From the NCBI RefSeq assembly GCF_004010195.1, contig NC_057711.1:74158870-74222869 (forward strand): DNA of 64,000 nucleotides, read 5' to 3'. The DNA is from Chiloscyllium plagiosum. Lineage: Eukaryota. The notes beneath the pieces are model-generated. The model was not told the DNA's origin, did no database searches, and was given only the letters and a program-made list of their open reading frames with translations. Both the position numbers and the translations under genes were made by a program. Below, piece by piece: positions 60,778 to 64,000 of this stretch (the first letter of the stretch is position 1; each line of letters begins with the position of its first letter).

Positions 60778-61000
60778 AGTTGAAGAGTGTGGTGCTAGAA
60801 AAGCACAGCAGGTCAGACAACATCCGAGGAGCAGGAGAATCGACATTTCAAGCATAAGCTTTTTCATAATTCCTGATGAAGGGCTTATGCCCGAAACATC
60901 GATTCTCCTGCTCCTCGGATACTGCCTTCCCTGCTGTGCTTTTCCAGCACCACACTCTTGACTCTGATCTCCAGCATCTGCAGTCCTCACTTTCTCCTAG
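60778..61000. mobile_element. Family-A fold-back element
   Basis: The core CTGATGAaGGGCttatGCCCGAAACATC starts at 60873. It has inverted arms and the TSD tgggtgtgctg at 60767-60777 and 61003-61013. Confidence 0.83.
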
Positions 61001-61597
61001 TCTGGGTGTGCTGCCTGCCACTGGGATAATGCCCCTTTCCTCCTTCCAGAATTCAGCTGAAATGTTTACTAAAGTTGTAATCCCTTTACATTTTGCAGTT
61101 AGACTTCAGTTTCATTCCTGAAAGGTCCTACTATTCCTTTGACCAATCCTTTGTTTTTCTATGTGCTTGCAATTTTATTGTTTGTATTATATTGTTTGCC
61201 TGAATTTTATTATCTTTTTTATCTCCCAGATACATATTCTACATAATGCTTTTGTCTCTGTGATTTGGTTCTGGCTGTTTCAGAGCAAATCAATGTTGCA
61301 GCTTGATGCAGAAACTGATGTTAGGCTTTTACAGCTGCTATAGGTATGCATAAGGGTCACCCTGGAAGTTAAAATTAGTTGAAAAGTGTAACCTTATATA
61401 AGTTACATCTACCTAGAATAACTGGTATGTGCCTGGAACAACCAGAACAACTTGAATTAATAAAAAAAATCAGTCTTCTCTGACTCAAAGAGGAGCCAGT
61501 CAGAGTGGAGTGAACCTGGGATTGAACAGCAATGGGGGATCTTCCTGATGAAGGCTTGAGAGGTGGGTGTGGGTTGTGCTGAGTACTCGGGGGTTGC

Positions 61598-62120
61598 TTA
61601 CTGAGACAAGTATCAACTGCACCTGGAGAACCACCAACTCAGTGAAAGACATTCTTTGGTCTGCCTGAAAGTTGGTAATCTTCCAGAACAAGGAGTTGAC
61701 CTCAATCAAATGTTGCAGTCCAAGGTCCAGGACTATGTGCTGGCACATTCTACGGTCCAGAACCACATGCTGACACATTCCAAGGTCCAGGACCACATGT
61801 TGACACATTCCAAGGTCCAGGACTCTGTGCTGAAGGATGCAATAAAACTTGGGGCAGCTGCTGCCAAGGCACAATGGGGAAAGACTGCTGTCTGAGGTCT
61901 TTCTGCTGATGTTAATTAGGGTCTGTTCAGTCATTGGACCCTCCTGCTGCCTCAAATGCATGGGGTAAATTGTTTGTGTAAGAGATGTCTTTGGTTTGTT
62001 GAATAGAGTCAAATTCCAATGGTTTTGCTTCCTTGATGTACTACTGTACAGCACAGAATTGTGTTTGTGACTATGTATACACATAAAGATATTTTCTATG
62101 AAAAAAGTATATTTTTGGAA
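61598..62120 (+). mobile_element. Tx1/L1-clade LINE 3' end
   Basis: It reads TETSINCTWRTTNSVKDILWSA...FQNKELT and SKVQDSVLKDAIKLGAAAAKAQWGKTAV*, and the T-rich 3' UTR ends in aaagtatatttttggaaa. Confidence 0.65.
61719..61838 (+). repeat. Four tandem 30-bp units inside the Tx1 3' end
   Basis: The units are tccaaggtccaggactatgtgctggcacat / tctacggtccagaaccacatgctgacacat / tccaaggtccaggaccacatgttgacacat / tccaaggtccaggactctgtgctgaaggat. Confidence 0.9.
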
Positions 62121-62129
62121 AGGGGAAGA

Positions 62130-62888
62130 AAAGTAGGTCGAGCTCAGTGAGTGCAGCAGCTAAGCCCCATCAGGAATCTGACCAGAATTCGAAAAGGCTG
62201 ACAAATGTGACAGCTTGGTAGGTTGTGGGTGAATTGTTTTTTGACTCCGCTACATCACTGAAAGGTAAGAGCTCTGACTTTTGTCTACCTTAAAGAAAAC
62301 TAATTAATTTTCTGCTTTGCTTAAATTTAGTGTAATTTTTTTTTACATTTAAGGTATGGCAGGTGAGCTCAGTCCTGCATGTTGCATGGCCTGCAGTACG
62401 TGGGAAATCTTACAATCTCCCAGCAGTCTGGATGATCACATCTGCAGAAACTGTAACAGGTTGGATCGGCTTGAGCAGCAGGTTTTGGAACTTGTGCATC
62501 CTCAAGGCTGAGAGTTTCAGGAACAATGTATCTTTCAACATTTTCACCCCATTGCATGAGGAATAGCAATCAGGGAAGCAATGTGTGACCATCAGTCACA
62601 AGAAGGGAAGCAGGCAGTCAGGAAAGCACCAGACTCAAATATGGGTTTCCTGCATTTGGAAACAGTGAGAGTGTTGGTTCCTGTAGGAGTGCAGTCAGAG
62701 CTCAGCTGCACAAGGTGGGAGTGAACAGAGAGGAAGAACTATGGTGCTGGACACTCAATTGTGATAGATACAGAGAGACATTTCTACAGCTGCAGACATG
62801 ATTCTAGGGTATGTGTGTTGCCTCCCTGGGCCCAGGGTCAAGAATGTCACTGAACGGCTACAGAGCAACCTGAAGGGGGAGAGCAAGT
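62130..62888 (+). mobile_element. CR1 5' region and decayed ORF1 (zinc-finger and esterase-like)
   Basis: It reads MAGELSPACCMACSTWE, DDHICRNCNRLDRLEQQVLEL and VCCLPGPRVKNVTERLQSNLKGE, typical of CR1 ORF1. Confidence 0.7.
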
Positions 62889-62890
62889 GT

Positions 62891-63100
62891 GGCGGCACGG
62901 TGGTACAGTGGTTAGCACTGCTGCCTCATAGCGCTAGAGACCCGCCTCAGGCGCCTGACTGTGTGGAGTTTGCACGTTCTCCCCGTGTCTGCATGGGTTT
63001 CCTCCGGGTGCTCCGGTTTCCTCCCACAGTTGGATCGGCGCAACATCGAGGGCCAAAGGGCCTGTACTGCGCTGTATTCTTCTATGTTCTAATCTAATCT
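62891..63100 (+). mobile_element. Short HE1-headed SINE with an alternative LINE tail
   Basis: The head is ggcggcacggtggtacagtggttagcactgctgcctca, and the tail is tcggcgcaacatcgagggccaaagggcctgtactgcgctgtattcttctatgttctaatctaatct. Confidence 0.8.
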
Positions 63101-63124
63101 AAAAATGTATGCGTGTGTGTGTGT

Positions 63125-64000
63125 CTAGTGCAGTGGGGTCACCTGTAGTGTGACATGAACCCAAGGCCCAGGTTGATGCCATCTCCATGGGTACCGAACT
63201 TGGCTATCAACCTCTGCTCGACCACTTTACGTTGTTGCCTGCCCCAAAGTCTGCCTTGGAAGACGGTCACCCACAGGTTGGAAGTCAAATTTCCTGGACT
63301 GCTGAAGTGTTCTCCAATTGGGAGGGAACTCTCCTGTCTGTTGATTGTTGTACGGTGTCCATTCATCCATTGCCATAGCCTCTGCTCAGTCTCACCAATG
63401 AACCATGCATCAGGGCATCCTTGCCTGTAGCATATGAGATAGACAATGTTGGCCCAGTCACATGAATATCTGCTACATACAAGGTGGGTGGTGTCCCCAT
63501 GAGTAATGGTGGTGATCGTGTTGACATTGACACGTCTTGCAACGTCTGCCGTGGCAAGGTTGTAAGGTGTTGCCCTGAAGGCTGTGCAATTTGCTCCGAG
63601 GTTTGAAGTTTGGTGGCTGTTCAAAGACGAGAAGTGTAGGTGTGGGGAAGGTCTTGGTGAAGTGCTCATCCTCATTGATATTGTGTTACAGGCTGCGAAG
63701 AACACGGCATAGTCTTTCAGCTCCTGGGAAGTCCTGGACAACGAAGGGTATCCTGTTGATTGAAGCTCGTGTATGTCTCCTGAGGAGGTCTTTATGGTTT
63801 CTCACTGTGGCACATCAGAACTGGCGGAAAATGAGTAGAGCATTGCACCCTGTTCTAATGAGGGCATCTTTGAGTACTTACAAGTGCCCGTCAAGTTCCT
63901 CCTGTTCTGAACAGATCCTGTGTATGTGTAGGGCTTGTTCAGAGGGGATGGTTGTTTTAACATGTTTCAGGTAAAAGTTGGAGAAGTGTAGCACCATGAG
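63125..64000 (-). mobile_element. Penelope-like element ORF C-terminus (GIY-YIG), running off the window end
   Basis: The minus ORF 63139-63741 reads YSCDWANIVYLICYRQGCPDAWFIGETEQRLWQWMNGHR...IGEHFS...EQRLIAKFGTHGDGIN. Confidence 0.85.

Noticed and set aside
61544..61565. CTGATGAagg as another hammerhead
   Set aside because: There is no stem II closing into GAAA and no stem I partner.
61719..61838. 30-bp repeats as a CRISPR array
   Set aside because: The units are directly adjacent with no unique spacers, they lie within a LINE ORF in eukaryotic DNA, and there are no cas genes.
45300..64000. A downstream neighbouring protein-coding gene
   Set aside because: I recognised no non-TE coding exon. 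Small exons could have been missed without alignment tools.

Overview
Eukaryotic, AT-rich, repeat-dense vertebrate DNA. The repeat families (HE1-type tRNA SINEs, CR1/HER1 LINEs, DeuSINE-like relics) point to a cartilaginous fish, probably a shark (inference). The only host gene I can support is the 3' end of MFSD3 on the + strand: a 110-bp internal exon (6069-6178) and the terminal coding exon (44733-44921), separated by a 38.5-kb intron. The rest is mostly transposon debris: CR1 LINEs, Tx1/L1-like LINE pieces, Penelope-like elements (PLEs) with GIY-YIG remnants, tRNA-derived SINEs, and TA-flanked Tc1/mariner-pogo MITEs. The most striking signal is a set of about a dozen fold-back inserts from three PLE families, most only 100-350 bp. 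Most carry minimal hammerhead-ribozyme cores (CUGANGA-stem II-GAAA-palindrome-UH) and 9-15 bp target-site duplications, and those with two readable arms show a ~35-nt unpaired tail on one arm. One copy has a 99-bp flanking duplication. There are no prokaryotic features, CRISPR arrays or rRNA. Two short N gaps lie at 3328-3363 and 35346-35361. Repeat boundaries were read by eye and are approximate unless a TSD or TIR is quoted.
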